Below are positions 38,218 to 47,673 of a stretch of 64,000 bases of DNA, piece by piece. Positions within the stretch are counted from its first letter, which is position 1; the number at the start of each line of letters is the position of its first letter. The notes beneath the pieces were generated by a model. It was not told where the DNA came from. It worked only from the letters and a program-made list of their open reading frames with translations, and searched no databases. Source of the stretch: an uncultured delta proteobacterium (GTDB lineage: Bacteria; Myxococcota_A; Polyangia; Polyangiales; Houyiibacteriaceae); NCBI GenBank assembly GCA_963699755.1, contig CAVOVB010000001.1:64001-128000 (forward strand). Direction: 5' to 3'. Both the position numbers and the translations under genes were made by a program.

Positions 38218-38324
38218 CGCTCTCGTCATCTGTACGCCGACCCACTGACTTGCGCCCATTCCAGAGTGGCATCGACAAGATGCTAGCGCGAATCAACGCT
38301 GCATTCCAGTTGTAACGCAAAATT

Positions 38325-38807
38325 TCACATTCCAGAAAGGACGAAATAGCGGCCCTGAAGCTCGTCATAGAGAAGGACCAGCCGGTTTTCCCCGATGCGA
38401 CGCGACCAGCGCTGATCCTCCTCATCGTAGGCGATTCGGAAGCTCGCGCTGTAGCGGTAGGCGATCAGCACGCGGTCCATTTCCCGAGTGATTGTACGGT
38501 ACTTGATCTCGTAGCGGACGTCGGTGACCCGCTCCCGCCAGCGGCTTAGCTTCTGCTGGAGCGCCCGATAGTCCAGGTCGTCGTCGCCCGAGGGGGTGCC
38601 ATTGTCGTCCAGGTACTGCTGATGCGCCATGGCCAAGAGAGCCCCCACATCTCGTGATTCGACCGCATGTCGGTAGTTCTCCATGAACGTGATGACCGAC
38701 CGATTCTCTGGGGTGTCCTTCACGGTGGTGTTCGGGATGTTCTTCTGGCAGCCCGCAGCCGCCGCGAGCGCCGCACAAAGCGCTACGGCGGTTAGGGTTC
38801 TACGCAT
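38325..38807 (-). CDS. Lipoprotein, NTF2-like (DUF4440-like)
   Basis: Lipobox AAGC; YRHAVESRD...YLDDNGTP. Confidence 0.72.
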   Translation of the reverse strand: MRRTLTAVALCAALAAAAGCQKNIPNTTVKDTPENRSVITFMENYRHAVESRDVGALLAMAHQQYLDDNGTPSGDDDLDYRALQQKLSRWRERVTDVRYEIKYRTITREMDRVLIAYRYSASFRIAYDEEDQRWSRRIGENRLVLLYDELQGRYFVLSGM

Positions 38808-38867
38808 ACAGCACATCACAGCTCTAACGCTCCTCTTTGCCACGTCATTCCCACTATCCATCAGCGG

Positions 38868-40226
38868 CTATTGAATCCCATAATCTTTGATTTTGTAAAG
38901 AAGAGCCCGGTGGCTGATCTCGAGCAGCTTGGAGGCCGCCGTCCGGTTGCCGCCGGTCTTCTCGAGAGCCCTGCGAATGAGGGTCTCCTCCATGAATCGA
39001 GCGGTTCTCTTGATCGAGAGCTCCCCGGTGGCAAGGCTCGCCGCAACCGGATCGGCGGGCTCGCGCATCCGCTCGGGCAGATCGGCCACCGTGATCATGT
39101 CCCCGTCCGCCAGAACGACCGCACGCTCGATGGTGTTCTCCAGCTCGCGGACGTTGCCGGGCCAGGGGTAGTCCAGCAGAAGCTTGCGAGTGCGCTGATC
39201 CAAGTCTCGGATCTTGGTGCCGAGTCGGCGATTGTTGCGTTCGATGAAATGCTCCACCAGCAACATGATGTCGTCACGTCGATCGCGAAGCGGCGGGACG
39301 TTGATCTGCAACACGTTGAGTCGATAATAGAGGTCTTCGCGGAAGCGTTTCTGTTCCACTTCGCGACGGAGGTTACGCACGGTTGCAGCGATCACGCGCA
39401 CATCGACATTTTGGTCGCGGGTCGCGCCGAGTGGTCGCATGGCGCCTTCCTGTAAGACGCGCAGCAACTTCACCTGCAACGACAGTGGAAGCTCGCCGAT
39501 TTCGTCGAGGAAGAGCGTGCCCTGGTCAGCCTCCGCAAAGAGGCCCTTCTTGTCGGCGTGCGCATCCGTGAACGCACCCCTTTTGTGGCCAAAAAGCTCG
39601 CTCTCGAGGAGCGTCTCCGGAATGGCGCCGCAGTTGAGGGGGATGAAGGGTTTGTCCTTGCGCGAGCTGCCTTCGTGAAGCGCCCGCGCGACGAGCTCCT
39701 TGCCCGTCCCGCTTTCTCCTTGAATCAACACCGTCGTCTTGTGCTCGGCTACTTTGTCGATCGTAGAGAAGACTTTCTTGATGGCGTCGCTCTTGCCGAG
39801 GATCCCGTGAACGGTCTGCTCCTTGCGCATCGCCTCCTTGAGAGCACGGTTCTCGCGGCGTAGTGATTCGCGCTCTTCGGCTTTGGTGAGCGCGAGTAGA
39901 ACTTCGTCTTGCTTGAAGGGCTTCGAGATATAGTCGTACGCGCCGGCCTTCATCGCTTCGATCGCGAGGTCGACCGAGCCGTAGGCGCTCATCAAGATCA
40001 CGGTGGCCAGCGACGAGCGCGCCTTGAGCTCGGCGCAGAGCTCTATCCCGGTCATCCCGCTCATCCTGACATCCGCGAGCACGAAGTCCGGATCGAAGCG
40101 CTCGAGCTGCTCCAAGCCGGTCTCGGCGCTTTCGGCCGTCTCGACCTGGTAGTCGTGCTTCTTGAGCAGCGTGCGGAGCACGAGCCTGATGTTTTCTTCG
40201 TCGTCGACGACTAGAACGCGGCGCAT
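38868..40226 (-). CDS. NtrC-family sigma54-dependent response regulator (REC-AAA+-HTH Fis)
   Basis: VVDDE, DVRM, KPF; GESGTGKE, GAFTDA, FLDEIG, WPGNVREL; C-terminal HTH. Confidence 0.96.
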   Translation of the reverse strand: MRRVLVVDDEENIRLVLRTLLKKHDYQVETAESAETGLEQLERFDPDFVLADVRMSGMTGIELCAELKARSSLATVILMSAYGSVDLAIEAMKAGAYDYISKPFKQDEVLLALTKAEERESLRRENRALKEAMRKEQTVHGILGKSDAIKKVFSTIDKVAEHKTTVLIQGESGTGKELVARALHEGSSRKDKPFIPLNCGAIPETLLESELFGHKRGAFTDAHADKKGLFAEADQGTLFLDEIGELPLSLQVKLLRVLQEGAMRPLGATRDQNVDVRVIAATVRNLRREVEQKRFREDLYYRLNVLQINVPPLRDRRDDIMLLVEHFIERNNRRLGTKIRDLDQRTRKLLLDYPWPGNVRELENTIERAVVLADGDMITVADLPERMREPADPVAASLATGELSIKRTARFMEETLIRRALEKTGGNRTAASKLLEISHRALLYKIKDYGIQ

Positions 40227-40251
40227 GGATTCAACTCGATACTTTCTGCAT

Positions 40252-40267
40252 AGCAGAATGTTGGCCA
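40252..40267 (-). promoter_or_regulatory. sigma54-like promoter upstream of the regulator gene
   Basis: Minus strand TGGCCAACATTCTGCT (GG-N10-GC), about 25 bp upstream of ATG 40226. Confidence 0.4.
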
Positions 40268-40384
40268 TAGAAAAAATTTCATAATTCTCGACGGATAAGG
40301 CGAGGTCTGCTGTAAAGTTCTCGCTTGATTGGCCTCAATGCGCTCGAGTGGGTATGATTTCCCTGTCGGGTAGGGGGACAAGAC

Positions 40385-42241
40385 ATGAAGATCCGCTTTG
40401 CTTTTTTACTTGTGATCGTGGGGCTCATCGCCACCGTCAGCAGCTGTACGAAGCGGCCGCTGGACGCGCTCAATCCATGCACGATCAACGGCGTCGTCCA
40501 GAACGTGCCGGTCAACCCACAGCGCGCCTTGGACTTGCTGATCCTGATCGACGACTCGCCTTCGATGCGTGAAGAGCAGGCCAAGCTCGCCGAGCAGGTC
40601 CCCGCTCTCGTGAACATTTTGCTCACCGGTGGTGTCGGCACGGATGCGGTAGATGACTTTCCTCCCGTAGCAAACCTCCACGTCGGCGTGATCACACCAG
40701 ACCTAGGCTACTCGACCGAGCCGCCGACGAACTACACGGTGGGAGTGAACTTCAATCCGACGGGCGCGTGCACGAGCACTGGCAAGGCGGGTTTCATGCA
40801 GGTGACGGGCCTGGCTGGCACGCCGCAGGAATGTTCCGCTCAGACGCCGCCCCTCGATACGCCCTACCTCAACTATCCCGAGCCCCCATTCACCCAAGCT
40901 GACTTCATCAGCGATGTCACCTGCGTGACCGGACAGGCGGACGGCTGCGGCTTTGAACAGCAGCTCGAGGCCATCCTCGCCTCCGACCGCAACACTGGGA
41001 ATAGCGGATTCAATCGTGACGACGCCTTGCTCGCAATCATCATGATCACCGACGAGGATGACTGCTCGACGAGCGACCCGCGCGTCTTCGACGTCGACCC
41101 CCGAAGCCCCGATCTCAATCCCTATCAGGGGCCCTTCGCGGACCCACCCACCGACTCGCTGGTGCAATTCAACCTGCGGTGCTGGCGGCACAGCGAAGCC
41201 TTGCAGAAGATTCAGCGCTACGTGGACGGCATCGCCAACCTCAAAGCCGACCCCAGCCAGGTCGTCTTTGCCGCGATCACAGGCATTCCCGAGGACAGCG
41301 TGCTCGACCGCGCAAACTTCAACAGCGATGAAGAGCGGTACAACGCGATCCTGGCCCATCCGGGCATGGTGGAAGAGCCGAATCCGACTGAAGACGAAGA
41401 ACAGGACCAGGCCCTCACCCCGGCGTGCATCGCAGGAGACGGTTCGGGCGCTGCGGCTCCGGGTGTCCGCATCGTGGAGACGATGAGGGGCCTTGCCGAC
41501 AGCAACTCCGGCGTGGGCACGGTCGTCGAGTCGATTTGTGCCGACGACTACGCGCCTGCGCTCAACGCGATTGTCGACCGCATCGCCGCAGCGCTGCGCC
41601 AGCTTTGTCTACCGCGACCGCTCAACCGCGACTCGAAGGGCCTCGTCGGATGCGAGGTCCGCGAAGTTCAGCCCGCCGGCGTCGAGTGCGACGATGCACG
41701 TGGCCGCGTCTTGATCGGAACGGAGGATGTCGGCCCCACCGGAGAATCCGATGTCCGGAACGTGTGTCGCATCACGCAGCTACCGACCAGAAAGGACGAC
41801 GTCGATCCGCCTGAAGGACTCGGTTGGTTCTACGACGACTTCACCGACGAGACGGCAGGCGCCTGCTCGTTCAATCCCTTGCCACAGCGCGTCAGTTTCA
41901 CCGAAGGAGCAGATCCGGTTTCGGGCGCGCGCGTTCGCTTCGAATGCCTGCAAACCGCACCGCCTCAAGACGTCGACATCGGCTGGCCCTGCGACATCGA
42001 CACCGACTGCAATCCAGACCCTGCGAACTGCCTCGAGGGCGAAGCCTTGACCGCATGCGAGACACGCATCCTCAAGGAGCGCTACGACCGGGACAACCTC
42101 GAGCTCGTCTGCGATACCGACACGAACACCTGCCAGCTGACCTGCGAGAGCAACGTCCAGTGCCCAGGTGGCTTCGCCTGCTACGACGAAAGCGAAGACG
42201 GCAGCAGCTACTGCGTCAACCCGACCTGCACCCTCAACTAG
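40385..42241 (+). CDS. Cys-rich vWA-domain lipoprotein (myxobacterial, CglB-like family)
   Basis: Lipobox VSSC; MIDAS DDSPSM; GCGFEQQLE; ITDEDDCS; ESIC; Cys-rich tail. Confidence 0.82.
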   Translation: MKIRFAFLLVIVGLIATVSSCTKRPLDALNPCTINGVVQNVPVNPQRALDLLILIDDSPSMREEQAKLAEQVPALVNILLTGGVGTDAVDDFPPVANLHVGVITPDLGYSTEPPTNYTVGVNFNPTGACTSTGKAGFMQVTGLAGTPQECSAQTPPLDTPYLNYPEPPFTQADFISDVTCVTGQADGCGFEQQLEAILASDRNTGNSGFNRDDALLAIIMITDEDDCSTSDPRVFDVDPRSPDLNPYQGPFADPPTDSLVQFNLRCWRHSEALQKIQRYVDGIANLKADPSQVVFAAITGIPEDSVLDRANFNSDEERYNAILAHPGMVEEPNPTEDEEQDQALTPACIAGDGSGAAAPGVRIVETMRGLADSNSGVGTVVESICADDYAPALNAIVDRIAAALRQLCLPRPLNRDSKGLVGCEVREVQPAGVECDDARGRVLIGTEDVGPTGESDVRNVCRITQLPTRKDDVDPPEGLGWFYDDFTDETAGACSFNPLPQRVSFTEGADPVSGARVRFECLQTAPPQDVDIGWPCDIDTDCNPDPANCLEGEALTACETRILKERYDRDNLELVCDTDTNTCQLTCESNVQCPGGFACYDESEDGSSYCVNPTCTLN

Positions 42242-42340
42242 CGAGCGAGAGGATAATGCTCGGAGCGTTGGCTTCGATACCCAGAGCCGCCCTGAGCGGG
42301 TGAGCGGGGCACAATTCCGTGTCATTGTAGTGGCTGCCCG

Positions 42341-42994
42341 ATGCCCACCCCTCCCCCATTCGACGCTCGGCAGGCGCTGAGGTTCGTCACGCATGCGCTC
42401 GGAGGCCGAGTCGCGATCCCTTTGAGCGCGATCCGCAGTCGCCTCGGTCCGATGTTCGAGAAGGTCTCTCTGAGGATCGAAGCCGTGAGCCCGGGTTTAC
42501 GTCTCGAAGGCGAGGCTCACGCGCTGGGTGCGCCGATTCGCTTCGCGGCCCGCATCGACGCGGAGGGCGTGCGGGTCGAGGGCGAGCAACGAACGGTGCG
42601 AATCCGGCTGAGCGAGCTCGCGCTCTCGACGCCCGACGACGCGCCGGGTCCGCTCGCGGAAGCGATTCGCACCGGGATGATCGACACGAAGCATCCGGCG
42701 ACCCTGATCGGGAACATGGTTTCGCTCCCGGACATGGTGGTCGCGGCGGAGGGTCAGGACTTGGTGATCGACTTGATGAAGGCTCCCGCCATCGAGCGCG
42801 ATGAGATTCTGAAAGCGGCTCTCGCGGCGGCGACGAGCTACCTCGGCGTGACTGGGATTCGCGCTTCGGACGATGCCATCGAGCTCCAACTCGGGCTCTT
42901 GCCGGGCGGCGTGAAGGAGGCGGCGCTGAGCACGGCGCGCGCGGCGCTGATGCCGGCGGTGCATTTCCTCTGGCCCGAAGGAACGAAACGATGA
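42341..42994 (+). CDS. Hypothetical protein, first gene of operon
   Basis: Coding-like bias; stop overlaps the next ATG (ATGA). Confidence 0.7.
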   Translation: MPTPPPFDARQALRFVTHALGGRVAIPLSAIRSRLGPMFEKVSLRIEAVSPGLRLEGEAHALGAPIRFAARIDAEGVRVEGEQRTVRIRLSELALSTPDDAPGPLAEAIRTGMIDTKHPATLIGNMVSLPDMVVAAEGQDLVIDLMKAPAIERDEILKAALAAATSYLGVTGIRASDDAIELQLGLLPGGVKEAALSTARAALMPAVHFLWPEGTKR

Positions 42995-44205
42995 GCGGGC
43001 TCGGCAACTTCAATCCCTTGAGCCGGGCGTCGTTCGCCTCGCGCGAGCAGGAGTTCCACGAAATCGCGATTCGCGGGGTCGACGGCTACGACAATTTCGG
43101 CGACCCGAGCTACCTCGAAGGCCTTCGTCGGCTCCTGTACTCGTACGACCACGAGGCACGCCTTCACACGACCGGGAAGATGACCGCCGTCTACCAGACC
43201 GTCGGCTTGCTCGCCGCCCGCCTGCGCACCGAGCGCTGGTTCGAGATGCGACCCAACTCGGCCAAGATCGCGATCGAACGGCCGATCATCATCACCGGCA
43301 TGGTGCGCACCGGAAGCACGGCCCTTCACTACTTGATGGGCGCCAACCCGGACATGCAGTGCCTGCAATACTGGCTCGCGCTCCATCCGCAGCCTCGCCC
43401 TCCCCGCGCCTACTGGGAAGCGGCGACCGATTTTCAGCACGCCCGCATCGAGCTCGACATGATGTACCAGGCCGGCAAGAGCATGCTCGAGTCGATCCAC
43501 TTCATGATGCCCGACGGCCCCGATGAGTCGGGGCGCGTCCTCGGACAGAATTTCAGCGACGATCGCTTCGAGGTCGTCTCGACGGTGCCGACCTATTCGG
43601 ACTGGTACATGAACACCGTGCACCGGGAGACCTATCAACGGCACAAGCGGATCATGCAGCTCATCGGGTCGTACGAGCCGGACAAGCGCTGGCTCCTCAA
43701 GTACCCGGTGCACATGCGCAACCTCGACGCGCTCCTCGACGCCTACCCGGATGCCTGCATCATCTGGACCCACCGCGACCCTGCCGATGTCTTGCCCTCG
43801 TACGTAAGCCTCTGCGCGCACTTTCGGTCGCTCTTCGAGAAGGACGTCGATCGGCCGCGCATCGCGCTCGAGCAGAAAGAAGCCTGGGCGCGGGCGGTCG
43901 ATCACGGCATGCGGCTTCGCAAAGGTCGCGAGCATCAGTTCCACGACATTTTTTTCGACGACTTCATGGCCGACCCGATCGGCGAGGTCGCCAAGGCGTA
44001 CGCGCGCTTCGACCAGCCTTTTTCAGAGCGAGCCAAAACGGCGCTCAGAGCCTGGCGCGAGGCCCACAGGCCGGGTCAGTTTGGGACCCACAACTACACC
44101 CGCGACGACTTCGGACAGTCGCCTGCACAGGTCCATGAGCGCTACGCGGCGTACATCGAGCAGTTCCCGCGGGTCCTCGAAAAGCCAAGCAGGAGCGCGG
44201 CATGA
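42991..44205 (+). CDS. Sulfotransferase (Sulfotransfer_3; mycobacterial Rv3529c-like)
   Basis: PAPS motifs IIITGMVRTGSTALH, WLLKYP.H, WTHRDP...S. Confidence 0.9.
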   Translation: MSGLGNFNPLSRASFASREQEFHEIAIRGVDGYDNFGDPSYLEGLRRLLYSYDHEARLHTTGKMTAVYQTVGLLAARLRTERWFEMRPNSAKIAIERPIIITGMVRTGSTALHYLMGANPDMQCLQYWLALHPQPRPPRAYWEAATDFQHARIELDMMYQAGKSMLESIHFMMPDGPDESGRVLGQNFSDDRFEVVSTVPTYSDWYMNTVHRETYQRHKRIMQLIGSYEPDKRWLLKYPVHMRNLDALLDAYPDACIIWTHRDPADVLPSYVSLCAHFRSLFEKDVDRPRIALEQKEAWARAVDHGMRLRKGREHQFHDIFFDDFMADPIGEVAKAYARFDQPFSERAKTALRAWREAHRPGQFGTHNYTRDDFGQSPAQVHERYAAYIEQFPRVLEKPSRSAA

Positions 44206-45506
44206 TCCACCGAAGCGACGAAGAGCGTGCGCTGATCGCCGATGCCGAACGGCTCTTCCCCACCCAGACGCGCTGCCTGACCTTCGACCCCGAGCTGAAC
44301 TTCTGCGCTGGGAAGGCCGAGGGCAGCCACATCTGGGATCTGAGCGGCAACGAGTACATCGACTACTTGCTCGGCTCCGGACCGCACCTTCTGGGGCACG
44401 CGCACCCGGCGGTGCTCGAAGCACTTCGCACCGTCCCTGAAGGCGGCACCTCGCACCTCATCATCAACGAGCACGCGGTGAAGCTCGGAAAGAAGATCAT
44501 CGAGCACGTGCCCTGCGCCCAGATGCTGAGCCTGCACAGCAGCGGCAGCGAAGCGACGTTCTTTGCGATGCGCCTGGCGCGCGTCTACCGCAAGCGCGAC
44601 AAAATTTTGAAGTTCGAAGGCGCGTACCACGGGATGAACGACTACGCGATGATGAGCAATCAGTGGACGATGGGCTCGCCGCCTTATCCGAAGGCGGTCC
44701 CCAACACCCATGGGATTCCGCGCGTGCTTCACGATCAAGTGCTCATCGCGCCATACAACGACCTCGAGACGACCGCGGCGATCATTTCGAAGCACCGCGA
44801 CGAGCTTGCCGGAGTGATCATCGAGCCGATTCAGCGGACCTTGGTGCCGAGGCCCGGCTTCCTGCAAGGCGTCCGCGAGGTCACCGCCAACTTCGACATC
44901 CCGCTGATATTCGACGAGGTCGTCACCGGCTTTCGCTCCGGTCTAGGGGGCGCGCAGGCAGAGTACGGCGTCACGCCCGACCTCTGCGCGCTTGGAAAAG
45001 CGATCAGCGGTGGCCTGCCACTCGGCGTCCTGTGCGGGCGGGAAGACATCATGGCCATCGCAAACCCGAAGCGACGCTTACAGATGCTGCCCTACTCGAT
45101 GCAGACCGGGACCTTTTCGTCGAACCCCGTCTGCGCAAGCGTTGCCTTGGCGCTGATCGAAGAGCTCGAGAAGCCCGGCGTCTACGAGCGGATTGAAGAG
45201 GTGGGGACCCGGCTTCAGGCGGGCCTTCGGGACGCGATCGCGCACGCGGGAATCGAAGCCTGCGTCACGGGCGTGCCGAGCGTTTTCGAAATCTGGTTCA
45301 CCGGGGACGAACCCTATGACCACAAGTCATCTAGGGCGTCCGACTTCTACAAGAGCGTTCGCTTCTCCGATCTCTTGCTCGAGCAGGGAGTGCTCAAGGC
45401 AGCCGAGAAGTTTTTCGTCTCGGCCGTTCACAGCGACGAAGACATCGAGCGGAGCATCGAGGCGTTCCACGTCGGGCTCGAGCAGCTCGCCAAGGAGGTC
45501 GCATGA
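44202..45506 (+). CDS. Class-III PLP aminotransferase (GSA-aminomutase-like)
   Basis: SGSEA, FEGAYHG, IFDEVVTGFR, LGKAISGGLP, GTFSSNP. Confidence 0.92.
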   Translation: MIHRSDEERALIADAERLFPTQTRCLTFDPELNFCAGKAEGSHIWDLSGNEYIDYLLGSGPHLLGHAHPAVLEALRTVPEGGTSHLIINEHAVKLGKKIIEHVPCAQMLSLHSSGSEATFFAMRLARVYRKRDKILKFEGAYHGMNDYAMMSNQWTMGSPPYPKAVPNTHGIPRVLHDQVLIAPYNDLETTAAIISKHRDELAGVIIEPIQRTLVPRPGFLQGVREVTANFDIPLIFDEVVTGFRSGLGGAQAEYGVTPDLCALGKAISGGLPLGVLCGREDIMAIANPKRRLQMLPYSMQTGTFSSNPVCASVALALIEELEKPGVYERIEEVGTRLQAGLRDAIAHAGIEACVTGVPSVFEIWFTGDEPYDHKSSRASDFYKSVRFSDLLLEQGVLKAAEKFFVSAVHSDEDIERSIEAFHVGLEQLAKEVA

Positions 45507-46537
45507 AGCGGGTTGTGGTGACGGGCGCCTGCGGAAACATCGGTGCGAACGTCGTCGATCTCCTAGTGGAGCGCGGGTATGCGGTGCGGGCGGTCGACCT
45601 CGACACACAGTCGGGCCGCAAGACCGCGGAGCGCTGGGGCGACCGCGTCGACATGGAGTTCGGCAACATCTGCAGCGAATCCCTGGTGAGAGAAACGGTC
45701 CGCGATGTGCACCACGTGATCCACTTGGCCGCCATGGTCCCGCCGAACACCGACGTCGACCAGGCGGCGGGCTACGCAGTGAACGTGGTCGCGACCCGCT
45801 CGATCATCGCGGCCTGCGAAGCGCAGCCGAGCCCGCCTCGCCTCACCTTCACCTCGACCGCGGCGGTCTGGGGCCGCAACGACGAAGCCGACAGACCCCG
45901 CCGCGCCGACGAGGAGATCTCTCCAAGCGACAATTACTCGCGCCAGAAGGCCGAGTGCGAAGCCATGCTCCGCACCTCGTCGCTCGACTTCGTCATCTTT
46001 CGCATCGCGATGACGCCACCGGTAGAACCGGGCGCGCTGTCACCGTTCGTCTTCGACATGCACCCGGACATGCGGGTCGAGTTCACCCACCCGAAGGACC
46101 AGGCTCTCGGTATCGTGAATTCCCTCGTCATCGACGAGATCTCAGGCCGGACGCTTTGCCTCGGCGGCGGCGCGCGCAATCGCTATCGGTACCGCGAGTT
46201 CATGAACATGGCGTTCGGCGCAATGGGCTTCCCAGCGCTCCCGCGGTCGGCGTTCGGCGACGCGCTCTTTTTGACAGACTGGGTGGACTCCGAGGAGTCT
46301 CAGGCGATTCTCGATTATCAGCGGCGCGGCGCCTCGCAGTACTTCGAGGAGGTCAGCTCAAAGCTCGGGCTAGCCCTTCCCGTCGTGAAACGGATCGGCC
46401 CTGCCCTCGTACCGGTGATCCTCGCGCACTCACGGCACCAGGCACTCGTCGAAGGCAAAAAGCCGCGTGTGCCAGACGCCTACCGCGCGATCACGACCTT
46501 TCGCCGCGCCCTCAAAGCCGCAAAGAGCTACCTCTAA
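45503..46537 (+). CDS. Extended SDR / NAD-dependent epimerase-dehydratase (3beta-HSD-like)
   Basis: TGACGNIG, HLAA, YSRQK. Confidence 0.88.
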   Translation: MKRVVVTGACGNIGANVVDLLVERGYAVRAVDLDTQSGRKTAERWGDRVDMEFGNICSESLVRETVRDVHHVIHLAAMVPPNTDVDQAAGYAVNVVATRSIIAACEAQPSPPRLTFTSTAAVWGRNDEADRPRRADEEISPSDNYSRQKAECEAMLRTSSLDFVIFRIAMTPPVEPGALSPFVFDMHPDMRVEFTHPKDQALGIVNSLVIDEISGRTLCLGGGARNRYRYREFMNMAFGAMGFPALPRSAFGDALFLTDWVDSEESQAILDYQRRGASQYFEEVSSKLGLALPVVKRIGPALVPVILAHSRHQALVEGKKPRVPDAYRAITTFRRALKAAKSYL

Positions 46538-46547
46538 GGAGACGACG

Positions 46548-47156
46548 ATGGAAACGAGCAACCGCGTCCTGGACGGCCTGCTGACAGAGCTCTCCCTCCC
46601 CCACGTCGAAGAGCAGATCCCCCGCGATGTCTTCTACCAACTCGGACTCAAGTTCCCGCAGCAGTACGCGATCGCCTGCCGTGACGTCGCCAGCTGCGTA
46701 AGGCGCGCAGAAGCACTGGGGGCGGGCCCGTTCTTGCACGTGACGATCCCAGCACCCCATTGGGTCGAACGCGGCGAGCTCATCAAGGGCTGCAAGCTCG
46801 AGGTTGCGCTCGGCTACGCCGGAGATCGGCAAGTTGAGTTCCTCGGTCCGGGCAAAGGAACCCAGCACTACGCCCGAGAGCTCGTGGACACCGACATCGT
46901 CTTCCACCACGTCGGCATCTACCAACGCGGCATGGACGGGCTCGCGCGCTCGATCGAACACGCCGGTTACCCCGAGGTCGTCAAAGGGGGCCTATCCTTC
47001 GGCAAGGCCCTGTGCTTCGACTTCCGCTACTTCGACTCCCGCGCCGACTATGGCATCTACCTAGAAGTCCAAGACTTCAGCTACCTCGGCCGCGAGCTGA
47101 GCATCGAACCCTTTCTCCGCGCCTACGCCAAACTGAAGGCCACACTGCCACTCTAG
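46548..47156 (+). CDS. VOC-family protein (Glyoxalase_4-like)
   Basis: RBS AAGGAG; QYAIACRD, QVEFL, FHHVG, YFDSR..YLE. Confidence 0.75.
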   Translation: METSNRVLDGLLTELSLPHVEEQIPRDVFYQLGLKFPQQYAIACRDVASCVRRAEALGAGPFLHVTIPAPHWVERGELIKGCKLEVALGYAGDRQVEFLGPGKGTQHYARELVDTDIVFHHVGIYQRGMDGLARSIEHAGYPEVVKGGLSFGKALCFDFRYFDSRADYGIYLEVQDFSYLGRELSIEPFLRAYAKLKATLPL

Positions 47157-47210
47157 ATCCGCGCTCGTTCCAACCCCTTACGCCGCACACCCCCAGATCG
47201 ACGGAGAAAC

Positions 47211-47636
47211 ATGGTCACCTACGAAACCGAAATCATCATCGATGCGCCGCCCGCAACGGTCTGGAACCATCTCATCGACCTCGACCGGCACGCCGAATGG
47301 ACTCAGCACTTCAAGCTGCGTGGCGAGCCCATCGTCGGGGCCCCCGGACGCATCGAGTTCTCCCTCTTTGGGATGTCCGCGGGCGCCGATGTCGCCTTCC
47401 AGACGGTCGATGCGCCCCGTGAGCTTCGCTGGCACGGCGGGCCCAAAGGCCTCGCTTACGGGAGCCACTTCTGCATTCTCGAAGCGCTCGATGGCGGGAC
47501 CCGAACCCGCTTCCGTCACGGCGAATCGTTTTCAGGCCTTTTGGCACCCATGGTCGTCCTCTTCCTCAAGGCCGACCTTGGCCCCTCGTACAAGCGATTC
47601 AACGAGGATCTTCGACGCCGCGTGCTCGGCCAATAG
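47211..47636 (+). CDS. SRPBCC/START-family protein
   Basis: IIIDAPPATVW, ELRWHG, TRFRHGESFSG. Confidence 0.88.
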   Translation: MVTYETEIIIDAPPATVWNHLIDLDRHAEWTQHFKLRGEPIVGAPGRIEFSLFGMSAGADVAFQTVDAPRELRWHGGPKGLAYGSHFCILEALDGGTRTRFRHGESFSGLLAPMVVLFLKADLGPSYKRFNEDLRRRVLGQ

Positions 47637-47673
47637 CGACCGGCAAGCTCATTGCAGCGCCTTTCAACTCCCC

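Noticed and set aside
44202..45506. Calling the aminotransferase hemL
   Set aside because: It is GSA-like but lacks the typical PGGVNSPVR N-terminal signature and has no heme-pathway neighbours.
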